Under the pieces are notes generated by a model. It saw only the letters and a program-made list of their open reading frames with translations, was not told the DNA's origin and made no database searches. A DNA stretch of 64,000 nt, taken from Candidatus Melainabacteria bacterium (GTDB lineage Bacteria > Cyanobacteriota > Vampirovibrionia > Vampirovibrionales > Vampirovibrionaceae). A program made the translations under genes and the position numbers. The stretch covers positions 20,849 through 84,848 of the forward strand of contig CABHPA010000026.1 in assembly GCA_902168245.1 (NCBI GenBank), given 5' to 3'. Numbering within the stretch: position 1 is the first letter of the stretch; the number at the start of each line of letters is the position of its first letter. Shown here piece after piece: positions 48,716-57,462 of this stretch.

Positions 48716-49690
48716 ATGCAGGCCATGCTGCGCTGGCTCGACCCGATTTTAAACCCGCTGGCCTGCCTGCCCGCGCCGGAAGAGGACAACCCCGCGCATG
48801 AAAAAGCGGAAGCCATGCTGAAACGGTTGGAAGCCCTGTTGCAGCATCGACTGCGCTATGCGCTAAGCGGCGACCGGCGGAGCATTATGAGAGGGCAAGG
48901 GCTGGACTTTGCCGACTTGCGGGAATACATGCCGGGGGATGACATCCGCAAAATCGACTGGAGCGTATTCGCCCGAACCCTGACGCCGCATGTGCGGGAA
49001 TACCACGAGGAAAAACAGCTTACCCTGTGGCTAGCAGTGGACTGCACACCTTCCATGCGATTTGGAAAACGCAAAACCAAGCTGAGACAAGCCGTTGAGC
49101 TAGCTGCGCTGCTGGGTCTGCTGGCGGAACGCGGCAAGCACAAGCTGGGAGCAGTCCTGATCCTGGGCCAGGAAACCCAAATTCTGCCACCCAAAAGCGG
49201 AACCGCCCACTTGCAACACATCATGCAGAAGCTGCTGGACTACGCCAGCCTCCCCAACCAATTTGGGCCAACAGGCACCCCCGATCCGCTGCCGGAAGCA
49301 TTCCGGCAACTGGCCCACTTGGCGCAAAAAAACAGCACCGTGCTGGTATTCAGCGACTTCCTGAGCCTGACGGAGGCATGGCATGTGCCGCTGGGGCAGC
49401 TTTCGCAACGCGCCAAACTGGTGCATTTGGTGCTGCAAGACTCGATAGAAATCCATCTGCCCGCAGGTTTGGGAATACTGGCCGTACAAGACCCGGAAAC
49501 CGGCGAAACTGTGCAAATAGACACCAATGACACCCGGTTTCGCCAGCGCTACAAAGCGACCGCTCACGCTCAAACCGAGCAACGGCTGGCCACCCTCAAA
49601 CAAACCGGCCTGACTGTGTCAGCCCCTTGCGACGCGGAGCCGCTGGATATATTAGCAAGCCTGCTGCCCGCCGGGAGAAACGGCCCATGA
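48716..49690 (+). CDS. DUF58 (VWA-like) protein, MoxR partner
   Basis: Carries GQGLDFADLREYMPGDDIRKIDWSVFART (the DUF58 signature) and sits 4 nt after moxR. Confidence 0.75.
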   Translation: MQAMLRWLDPILNPLACLPAPEEDNPAHEKAEAMLKRLEALLQHRLRYALSGDRRSIMRGQGLDFADLREYMPGDDIRKIDWSVFARTLTPHVREYHEEKQLTLWLAVDCTPSMRFGKRKTKLRQAVELAALLGLLAERGKHKLGAVLILGQETQILPPKSGTAHLQHIMQKLLDYASLPNQFGPTGTPDPLPEAFRQLAHLAQKNSTVLVFSDFLSLTEAWHVPLGQLSQRAKLVHLVLQDSIEIHLPAGLGILAVQDPETGETVQIDTNDTRFRQRYKATAHAQTEQRLATLKQTGLTVSAPCDAEPLDILASLLPAGRNGP

Positions 49691-50748
49691 TTGGGATGCG
49701 CGATATCAGTAGTTTCTACCTGCTCTGGCCTTGGGCCTTAGTTCTACTGCTGTTGGTTCCAGTATGGTGGTGGCTCTATTTACGCAATCTGCGGCAAACA
49801 TTACGCAACACCGCCCTGTTTTTCAGTTACGCCGCCGTGGCGGAACAGCTAAAACATAGGCCCGTCGCCTGGAAAAGGCTTTTACAGCCAATCTCGACCA
49901 GCCTGGTGATGATTTGCCTGGTGGCGGCCCTGGCCCGGCCCACCGTTGTAGGGAAAATTCCGATGAATTCGGTGGACATGATGATTGTGCTGGATATTTC
50001 GCTGAGCATGATGGCCGATGACATTCGTCCGGATCGCATTGAGGCAGCCAAAGCAGCCGCCATACAGTTTGTGGAAAGTCTGCCAAGAGATGTGCGGGTT
50101 GGGCTGGAAGTGTTTGCGGGCGATAATTACGTGCTTTCCCCGCCCACCAGCAGGCACGAGGAAGTGACTGCTTACCTGAAAGCCCTGCGCCGCGAAGACC
50201 TGAAACCTCGCACCGAAATTGGCAGCGCGCTGCACACCGCCCTTAAAATTCTGAATACCGGCAACAACGAACAACAGGGCGGAGCTTCGGTCAACCGGCC
50301 AACCGGCGCAGAAAACCCGACCGCCAACGAGAATCCGCCCCAACCGCCTTCCACGGCCTCGAATCGCAGGCCCGATCGGGTGATTGTGCTGCTCAGCGAC
50401 GGGGACAGCCACGAGGGCTACCCCTGGGATCAGGCCGCGCGGGACGCCCTGCAACAGAACGCGGTTATCCATGCCATCGGCATCGGCAGCCCGCAAGGAG
50501 CCGTCATTCACTACAAGGGCATGGAATTGCCGGTCATGTTCGATGAAAGCACCCTGCGCCACATTACCGAAATTGCTCATGGCAGCTATTTCCGGGTATT
50601 TCGGGAAGCGGACTTCCGCAAGGTGTACGAGCAAATTGAGGCCAGAACGGTGCATTACGAGGAGCGGGAGGTCGATCTTGCCTTTCTGTTGGCAGGCATC
50701 GGGCTATGCGTTTTGTTTATCGCCTCCCTGCTGCTCCTGCTTATCTGA
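49687..50748 (+). CDS. von Willebrand factor A domain membrane protein (BatA-like)
   Basis: After an N-terminal TM segment comes a VWA MIDAS motif (MIVLDISLSM, reading DxSxS), then a C-terminal TM. It overlaps DUF58 by 4 nt. Confidence 0.7.
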   Translation: MIGMRDISSFYLLWPWALVLLLLVPVWWWLYLRNLRQTLRNTALFFSYAAVAEQLKHRPVAWKRLLQPISTSLVMICLVAALARPTVVGKIPMNSVDMMIVLDISLSMMADDIRPDRIEAAKAAAIQFVESLPRDVRVGLEVFAGDNYVLSPPTSRHEEVTAYLKALRREDLKPRTEIGSALHTALKILNTGNNEQQGGASVNRPTGAENPTANENPPQPPSTASNRRPDRVIVLLSDGDSHEGYPWDQAARDALQQNAVIHAIGIGSPQGAVIHYKGMELPVMFDESTLRHITEIAHGSYFRVFREADFRKVYEQIEARTVHYEEREVDLAFLLAGIGLCVLFIASLLLLLI

Positions 50749-52570
50749 GGCGGCTGTCCAGATTCGTGAGGCAGTCCCACGCTTCTTGGAAATCGGCGCG
50801 CATGTTCACCGCCGTCTGGTATTCACTGCGGGCTGGCTCAAGCTGCTGAAGCTTTTCATAGTTCTGCCCCTTCAGGAAGTGCAGGACTTCATGCTCGCCA
50901 AACAGTTCCAGGGCTTTATCCAGGCAAGCCACGCTCTTTTCGTAAAGGCCCAGGATGTAATAGATTTGGCTGAACCAGAACGGCAGGTTACTTTCGCCGG
51001 GGTAATAGTAGTAATTCGCCCAGGCTTGCTCCATCAGGCTCAACAAATCTTCGCGCTGACCGTGTAGGGCGTGGCCAACCACATCCACCAGACCTTGCCC
51101 ATAGGCGAAGAAGATATGCGGATCGGCCAGGTTCAGGCGAATTTGGGATAACATAATGGTCAACTTGGCAATCGCGTTATCATCGCTTTTACCGGGCATA
51201 ATGGAACAAATTGAGTTGATGTTGTTGGCCCGATCGATTTTTTCCCGGTACACGTAATTCAGTCGCTCAAATTTGCAATCCGGCGCATCCATCTGTATAC
51301 AGCACACGGTCTGCAAGCTCAGGTTTTTAGCGGTGGTGTTGAACATTCTACCGCCCGACTGCTTAAAGAAGTGGCCGATGGCGTCGTAGTTCACCATATA
51401 CGAGAACGTGCCGTCGTGGATGGCAAAATCGTGATGGTAAAACCGAATCATATCGAAGGGGCAGGAATATCCCTTGTCGGAGGAAATCAGCACCAGCTTG
51501 TCGTTGGCCAATGTCTGAAGGTTCTTAATGACATTCAGCGCGCCAAGGGGGAACAGAAGGGTGCCGTTCTTAATGTTATGCCGGTAATGGTTCAGAATGC
51601 CGTTAAACCTAGGATCTTCGTAATAATTGGTGTTGTAGAGTTCCCGATAGTTAAAGCTGGTTTTGACCTCGGTAATATGCACCTTGGATGCGGGATCAAT
51701 CCCTTCGATATTACGTTCCAGAGTAACCCGGCCCTCTTTCAAGACCTTGGACTCAACCCGGAAAGCGTCCTGGTGAACCGAATCGAAAAAGTAGTTTGAA
51801 ATGGCAATCATGGGGTTCTTAATATTCTCGTTGGAGAGCATTTGCCCGGATACCCTCAACTGCATGGAATTGGCCTCCAGCGGGTTCAGCACCGCAAAGT
51901 CCAGCATGCCTTTTTCAAGAAAGGGCTTAAAGTTAGGATGCTCCGCCCAGAAAGTGGGGTTCTGATCGGTAAAATCGGTCATGACGTACCGGATTTTCAC
52001 ATCCTCAAACATGGAGAAACAAGGCAGCTTGCGCTCCAGTTCCTTCAGCAGCAGGTGGCTGAAACGCCCCGTGCCGCTTGCCAGCTCCACAATATAAATC
52101 GGCTCGCTGAAGTCCAGGTGCGCGCGATAATCCTCCAAGAAGGCAATGATAATCTCAGCGTAGGATTCCGCAAAATAAGCGCTGTTGGTGATAAACATGG
52201 GAATACCCGCCTTCCAGGCGTTAATACCCAGGCTTGCGTAATAATCATGCATCATATCCCACAGCATGCATTGGGACAGGGGCCGATCATGGTCAATCAC
52301 CATGTGGCCGGGAGAAGCCTGGGGCAAAGGCAACGCCGTTGTATTGGGCGTGGCGACGGGAGCCGTTGCCGGTTTGACGCTAACATGGTTCAACATCGAT
52401 TTTTGCGGGCCAACCACGCCTTCCAGAATCAGATCCATGGGGTTTGGCAAGCCGGTCTGCAAATGGTTCATCAGACCCTGCTGCGGCTTCTGGTTAACGG
52501 AAAGAACCTCATGGTGATTGTCCACAGAATTTTCATTCGTGATGGATCCCTGATTGGAAGACTGTTGCAT
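50741..52570 (-). CDS. MidA/NDUFAF7-like (DUF185, COG1565) SAM-dependent methyltransferase with N- and C-terminal extensions
   Basis: The core region FITNSAYFAESYAEIIIAFL…IYIVELASGTGRFSHLLLKEL parallels MidA's DFITAPEIS…VELGAGRGTL. At 609 aa it is about 200 aa longer than typical MidA. The C-terminal ~100 aa look TPR-like. Confidence 0.5.
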   Translation of the reverse strand: MQQSSNQGSITNENSVDNHHEVLSVNQKPQQGLMNHLQTGLPNPMDLILEGVVGPQKSMLNHVSVKPATAPVATPNTTALPLPQASPGHMVIDHDRPLSQCMLWDMMHDYYASLGINAWKAGIPMFITNSAYFAESYAEIIIAFLEDYRAHLDFSEPIYIVELASGTGRFSHLLLKELERKLPCFSMFEDVKIRYVMTDFTDQNPTFWAEHPNFKPFLEKGMLDFAVLNPLEANSMQLRVSGQMLSNENIKNPMIAISNYFFDSVHQDAFRVESKVLKEGRVTLERNIEGIDPASKVHITEVKTSFNYRELYNTNYYEDPRFNGILNHYRHNIKNGTLLFPLGALNVIKNLQTLANDKLVLISSDKGYSCPFDMIRFYHHDFAIHDGTFSYMVNYDAIGHFFKQSGGRMFNTTAKNLSLQTVCCIQMDAPDCKFERLNYVYREKIDRANNINSICSIMPGKSDDNAIAKLTIMLSQIRLNLADPHIFFAYGQGLVDVVGHALHGQREDLLSLMEQAWANYYYYPGESNLPFWFSQIYYILGLYEKSVACLDKALELFGEHEVLHFLKGQNYEKLQQLEPARSEYQTAVNMRADFQEAWDCLTNLDSRLR

Positions 52571-52787
52571 AAAGGACTCCTTACAGTACGCGTTGAGTTA
52601 GCCTTATACAAAAATAAAAACAACCAATTGACGCATATTTCCTTTTTATAAAGCCCTGTTAAAAAATATATATAATTTATGTAGGCTCCTTAAAAAGATT
52701 CAATTTTTCCGCAGACTTGCCGATATCTTCCCTACAGCCTGACAACCACCACCGACCCGTTCGCAGCAAAAGGCATGGAGAACCGGC

Positions 52788-55259
52788 ATGAACAGCCCTT
52801 CCGTGGAGCCAAATGACAATTCCCACCTCAAGAAAATCCTGAACCAACTAGTTGCCGGGGGGTTAACAGTCCTGGTGCTGGCTGTCATTTTCGGTACGTT
52901 TGTCCTGTTCCACATGGACAGGATGGTGGAACAGCTTGAAATGAAAAGCTACGACCTGAGAAACCAGGTGCAGTGGGGTGAACCCAGCAAGCGCCCCAGC
53001 TCAGATGTCATCATCCTGCAGTTCGACGACTCCTCGCTCAATGTGCTGAACGATGAATTCGGGGTTTGGCCCTGGCCGCGCGACGTGCATGCCCGCATGA
53101 TCGACTTTATGAACAAAGTGGGCGTCCGCAGCCTGCTGTACGACATTATGTTCGTTTCCAACCGCAAGGGGAGCGAAGAGGCGGACCAAATGCTGGTCGA
53201 TACCTTCAAAAAATACAACAACGTGTACCTGAGCATGAACTTTGACAACGAACTGGGCGAAAGCAAAAAGCTGGGCAAAGATATGACGCCTCAAGACATC
53301 GAGCTGCTAAAGCCCCTGTCCATCAAGCTCGCCTCGGAACTGAACAAGGCGCCCACCAGCACTAACTTAAAACTGAAGGCGGATCCGGACGGCACCATGT
53401 TCTTTGACAACAACCACATGAGCTTTAACCATTACCGCAGCATTATGCCCAGCCTGCTGGCCAAAGGCAGCAACATCGGTATTATTAACCACGGGGCCGA
53501 TGACGATGGGGTCAGCCGGAGCAATCCCCTGTTCTTTCGCTTCAAGTACCACGCGTTTATTAAAACCGCGAACCTGCCTTTAAAACAGCAGAATAGCCAA
53601 TGGCACGACAGCAAGGGCAACCTGGCGGACGCGGACGGCTACCTGTTTGAAAAATCCGCGCATTTACCCGCCATTAAGCAGAAAGACGGGAGCTACCTGG
53701 ATCGCAACCCCAGCTACCCGCAGTCGGTGGACGCGGAAGGATACCTGATGGATGGCTACGGCCACCATGTATACCAGCACGAGCCCAAGGTAACTACCCT
53801 GTACTTCCCGTACCTGGGCTTGCGGGCGGTGTTGGATCTCAAGTTCAACAGGAATGCGCAGCCCAGCCTGACGCTGACCAAAGACGGCCACCTGAAGCTG
53901 AAAGGCTACGACATTCCGCTGAACACCAACGGCGACTTTCTGGTGAACTGGTACAACGTGAATGTGAGCTGGGAAGAATACCACCGGAACCTGCGCGATC
54001 TGAAAGCCTACGGAGATTTGTTGGCCAGCAAGCTGAAGGACATTGAAAACGCCGCCAAAAAGCTGCCGCCAGGCTCCAAAACGCTTAAAGACCTGCAAAA
54101 AGCCATGAAAACCAACCACGAGGAAGCGCAAAAGGTTCAGGGGCTGGAGCAAATGCTGGAAGAGGCCCTGAAAAGCGACTACACCCCGCAGCCCTACAAA
54201 ATGGTTTCCGCCTGGGAAGTGATTCGCACCATGAAAAAGGAAGAAGCCGGGCTGCCCATGGCCCCGGAAGACATCGCCCTGAAAAAGCTGCTGAAGAACA
54301 AGATTATTTTTGTGGGCGCAACAGCCGTAGCGGCCTACGACATTAAAAACACCTCCATTCACTCCACCATGCCGGGCGTGGTGCTACAGGCCAACCTGTT
54401 CGACAACCTGTACCAGAACGACGGCAAGTACATTCGCCGGGTTGAGCCTGGCATCAACTTCGCGGTTACGATTCTGATCTGTTTGCTGGCGGCGGGCTGT
54501 ACCTTTAAAATGCGTTCCGCGCTGGCCGGTTTGCTGACCACTGCGAATGTGGCCGTATTGTACGTATTGCTCACAATTATCCTTTTCCAATCCATGAACC
54601 TGTGGATTAACATCGCCATGCCACTGGTGTCGCTGATTATCACCATTACCATCACGTTCATGCTCAAGTACATTTTGCGAGACAAGGATTACGAGCGCAC
54701 CTACGCCCTGGCCACCACGGACAGCATGACCGGCCTGTACAACCACCGATTCTTTCAGGAGCACATGCGGCGCTCCATTGATCAAGCCAATCGGTTCAAG
54801 CACAAATTCTCCCTGCTGCTCATCGACATCGACTTCTTCAAGAAGTTCAACGACACCTACGGCCACCAGGCCGGGGACGAAGTGCTGCGCCAGGTCGCCC
54901 AAAAGCTGAAAAAGAACGTGCGCAACGTGGACGTGGTGGCCCGGTACGGCGGCGAAGAGATGGCGATTATCCTGGATCGGGCCAACGAGGAGGAAGCGCT
55001 GCTCATCGCCCAGAAAATCGTAAAGGCCGTGGCGGAGGAAGCCTATCCCATTGCGGAAGGCGTGGCCAAGCACGTTACCATTAGCTGCGGGGTGTCCACC
55101 TACCCCACCCACGGAGACAGCCCGTCCCAGATGATCGAGTTCTCCGATGCGGGCCTGTACCGAGCCAAAGAAAACGGCAGAAACCAGGTGGGCGCCCAGT
55201 ACGACTCCCCTTCCCCCGACGGGGATGAACACCACGGCAAGGACTCCCACGCCGCATAG
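52788..55259 (+). CDS. CHASE2-domain diguanylate cyclase (GGDEF)
   Basis: After an N-terminal TM, the periplasmic CHASE2 domain includes DVIILQFDDSSL…VWPWPRDVHARMIDFM. Three TM helices follow. The C-terminal GGDEF domain includes LYNHRFFQEHMRRSIDQANRF…RYGGEEMAIIL, with RYGGEEM as the GGEEF active site. Confidence 0.8.
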   Translation: MNSPSVEPNDNSHLKKILNQLVAGGLTVLVLAVIFGTFVLFHMDRMVEQLEMKSYDLRNQVQWGEPSKRPSSDVIILQFDDSSLNVLNDEFGVWPWPRDVHARMIDFMNKVGVRSLLYDIMFVSNRKGSEEADQMLVDTFKKYNNVYLSMNFDNELGESKKLGKDMTPQDIELLKPLSIKLASELNKAPTSTNLKLKADPDGTMFFDNNHMSFNHYRSIMPSLLAKGSNIGIINHGADDDGVSRSNPLFFRFKYHAFIKTANLPLKQQNSQWHDSKGNLADADGYLFEKSAHLPAIKQKDGSYLDRNPSYPQSVDAEGYLMDGYGHHVYQHEPKVTTLYFPYLGLRAVLDLKFNRNAQPSLTLTKDGHLKLKGYDIPLNTNGDFLVNWYNVNVSWEEYHRNLRDLKAYGDLLASKLKDIENAAKKLPPGSKTLKDLQKAMKTNHEEAQKVQGLEQMLEEALKSDYTPQPYKMVSAWEVIRTMKKEEAGLPMAPEDIALKKLLKNKIIFVGATAVAAYDIKNTSIHSTMPGVVLQANLFDNLYQNDGKYIRRVEPGINFAVTILICLLAAGCTFKMRSALAGLLTTANVAVLYVLLTIILFQSMNLWINIAMPLVSLIITITITFMLKYILRDKDYERTYALATTDSMTGLYNHRFFQEHMRRSIDQANRFKHKFSLLLIDIDFFKKFNDTYGHQAGDEVLRQVAQKLKKNVRNVDVVARYGGEEMAIILDRANEEEALLIAQKIVKAVAEEAYPIAEGVAKHVTISCGVSTYPTHGDSPSQMIEFSDAGLYRAKENGRNQVGAQYDSPSPDGDEHHGKDSHAA

Positions 55260-55289
55260 GGCTTCAGTTTAAACAAGCAACAATCAAAA

Positions 55290-55322
55290 AGCCTCGTTTC
55301 AATTTCGTACGGGGCTTTTTGA
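55290..55322 (+). terminator. Intrinsic terminator after the GGDEF gene
   Basis: The stem AAAAAGCCTCGT…ACGGGGCTTTTTG has one mismatch and is followed by a T run. Confidence 0.5.
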
Positions 55323-55515
55323 TTGTTAATTTTCTTGTATATTCATTTGTTTGTTGACTCTACAGATCGCATATTCTGGTAACATATGAATAGTCTAACC
55401 ATTCCTTTCTTTCTTACGTAAAATTCAAGGTCCCTAGTGGGCCTTTTTTTTTGCCGTTTTGACGCTTCCACCAGCGCCTTTCCGCCCAATCCCCCAGAGG
55501 CAAAGCCCCCACTCG

Positions 55516-57393
55516 CTAGGCGGTCACCCGTTTGCCCATTTCCTCAGGCAAGTCGGCGCCCGGTTCTCCCAATGGAATACGGAACCCAAAGGTGCTACCC
55601 ACGCCCACTTCGCTTCTAACGAACACCTCTCCGCCATGATGTTTCTCTATTGCCACCTTCACCAGGTGCAAGCCCAGGCCGGTGCCTTTAACCGTATGTA
55701 CCTTGTTTTCCACCCGGTAAAACCGATCGAAAATGTGCGGCAAATGCTCTTCCGGAATTCCGATACCGGAATCCTGCACGGAGACTTCCAGGGCGTCGCC
55801 CAGTTCGGTTAACTCGGCGCGCACCTTAATCCGCCCGTTGTCATCGGTATACTTAATGGCGTTGCTGAGCAGGTTGCGCAACACGCGCTCAATGCTGTCG
55901 CTGTTAATGTACAGTTTGGGCAGGTTGGACTCGATGGCGGTGCTGAGGTTAATTTTCTTCTGATCCGCCAGCACCTTCACCGATTGAACCGTAAGGTTAA
56001 TCACCGGCGTCATATCGGCCAGTTCGCGCTCCAGCACCACCGCGCCTTCCTCCAGCCGGGAGAAATCAAGGATATCGTTCACCAGCTTTTTCAGCCGATC
56101 GGTTTCCACGTTAATGGTCTCAATAAATTCCTCGTAAGTTTCCGGATCGAGATCTTTCCCGTGGTTGTAGATGGTATCCACGTAGCTTTTAATGGTGGTC
56201 ACCGGGGTACGCAGCTCATGGCTCACGTTGGAGATAAAGCTGGTTTTCATCTTGTCCACTTCGGTTTCCTTGGTCACGTCGTGCATAATCAGCACGAAGC
56301 CCAGCATGTCTCCTTCTGCGTCCTGAATGGGGGAGAGCATTACTTTTAAGGTAGTATCCGGCATTTCCAGCTTATGCGTGAACAACTGGGGTACCTGATC
56401 GGGATTTTCACGGTAGACCTTCTCAAAATCCTCGATAATCGGCTCAAAGCAATGGGCGCCTTCTTCGGTGATGTATTCCTTCAGGCTGGCCCCAATGGCC
56501 CATTGGCTCGCCTTGTACCCCAGCATTTCGCAGGCGGAATCGTTGATAATGGCCACCTTGGCCTGCATGTCGCACACCACCACGCCATCGGCGATACTCA
56601 GCAAAATGGCCTTCAGCTTGTTGCGCTCAAAGGTAATGGTTTCCAGGTTTTGTTCTTCGTAGGCCCGCAAGCGCATGGACATGTCGTTGAAAGACTCGGC
56701 CAGGGTTTTGAGATCCCCCCACAGGTCATGCTCCAGAATTTTATAGCCAAAATCCCCGGTGGAAAGGCGCTTGACCCCCCGCACAAAGGTGCGAAGGTGC
56801 TTGCTGAGAATATACGTGTTGAGCGAGACCGCCAGAATGGAGATAAACCAAGCGCTCATAAACACCCAGAAAATGATGTTGCTGGTGGCCGACTTGATTT
56901 CGTGCAGGGTTTTGCCGGTCAGCTTTACATGGACGCTGCCAATCATTTTGGATTCGATCCCATCCGGCATCACCCGGCGCATGGGCGCGGAATAATCGGT
57001 GGCGTTCCGCATTTCCTGGCGGGAAAGTTGTTTGCTGCTTTTGTAAATCAGCTTGTGGCGAGCGTTGTAGAACTCAATGGCCGCAATATCATCGCTGGAA
57101 GCCACCATGCTATCCGTAAAGGTCTTGATCTCAAATTCCGGGTTGCGGGAAGTCAGCCGCTCCGACCCACCGACCGACACCACGTTGGTGATCATGTTGG
57201 CGAATCGGTCGTAATTATCGTTCAGCGAATTGTGGTAGTTGATGTAAATGCCATATGCCACAATCAGGAAGGAAAACGAAATCGTGGTAATCACCAAGAG
57301 CAGAATTTTGTTCTCGGAAGAGAAAAATTTCTTTTTCCACACGGTTGAGACTTGGCCTCGGCTTTCCATCTTGTTGAGCGGGTCGGTTACCAC
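55516..57393 (-). CDS. Sensor histidine kinase (periplasmic sensor, HAMP, PAS, HisKA, HATPase_c)
   Basis: Two TM helices flank a periplasmic domain of about 150 aa. The H-box is SHELRTPVTTI. N/G boxes are present (NLLSNAIKYT, GTGLGLHLVKVAIEKHHG). An alternative start is ATG 57369. Confidence 0.8.
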   Translation of the reverse strand: MVTDPLNKMESRGQVSTVWKKKFFSSENKILLLVITTISFSFLIVAYGIYINYHNSLNDNYDRFANMITNVVSVGGSERLTSRNPEFEIKTFTDSMVASSDDIAAIEFYNARHKLIYKSSKQLSRQEMRNATDYSAPMRRVMPDGIESKMIGSVHVKLTGKTLHEIKSATSNIIFWVFMSAWFISILAVSLNTYILSKHLRTFVRGVKRLSTGDFGYKILEHDLWGDLKTLAESFNDMSMRLRAYEEQNLETITFERNKLKAILLSIADGVVVCDMQAKVAIINDSACEMLGYKASQWAIGASLKEYITEEGAHCFEPIIEDFEKVYRENPDQVPQLFTHKLEMPDTTLKVMLSPIQDAEGDMLGFVLIMHDVTKETEVDKMKTSFISNVSHELRTPVTTIKSYVDTIYNHGKDLDPETYEEFIETINVETDRLKKLVNDILDFSRLEEGAVVLERELADMTPVINLTVQSVKVLADQKKINLSTAIESNLPKLYINSDSIERVLRNLLSNAIKYTDDNGRIKVRAELTELGDALEVSVQDSGIGIPEEHLPHIFDRFYRVENKVHTVKGTGLGLHLVKVAIEKHHGGEVFVRSEVGVGSTFGFRIPLGEPGADLPEEMGKRVTA

Positions 57394-57462
57394 TGCACAC
57401 CAATCTCTATTCTACAGGATCTTTCAATCCCGGTGTGCAATCCACGCCAAGGCCGATTCGGG

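Noticed and set aside
56374-57348. 324-aa plus-strand ORF inside the sensor kinase gene. Similar antisense ORFs occur within the STAND gene (6773-9248) and xerD (61118-61939)
   Set aside because: These are antisense shadow ORFs within genes that have clear catalytic motifs on the other strand. They lack RBSs and have skewed amino-acid composition.
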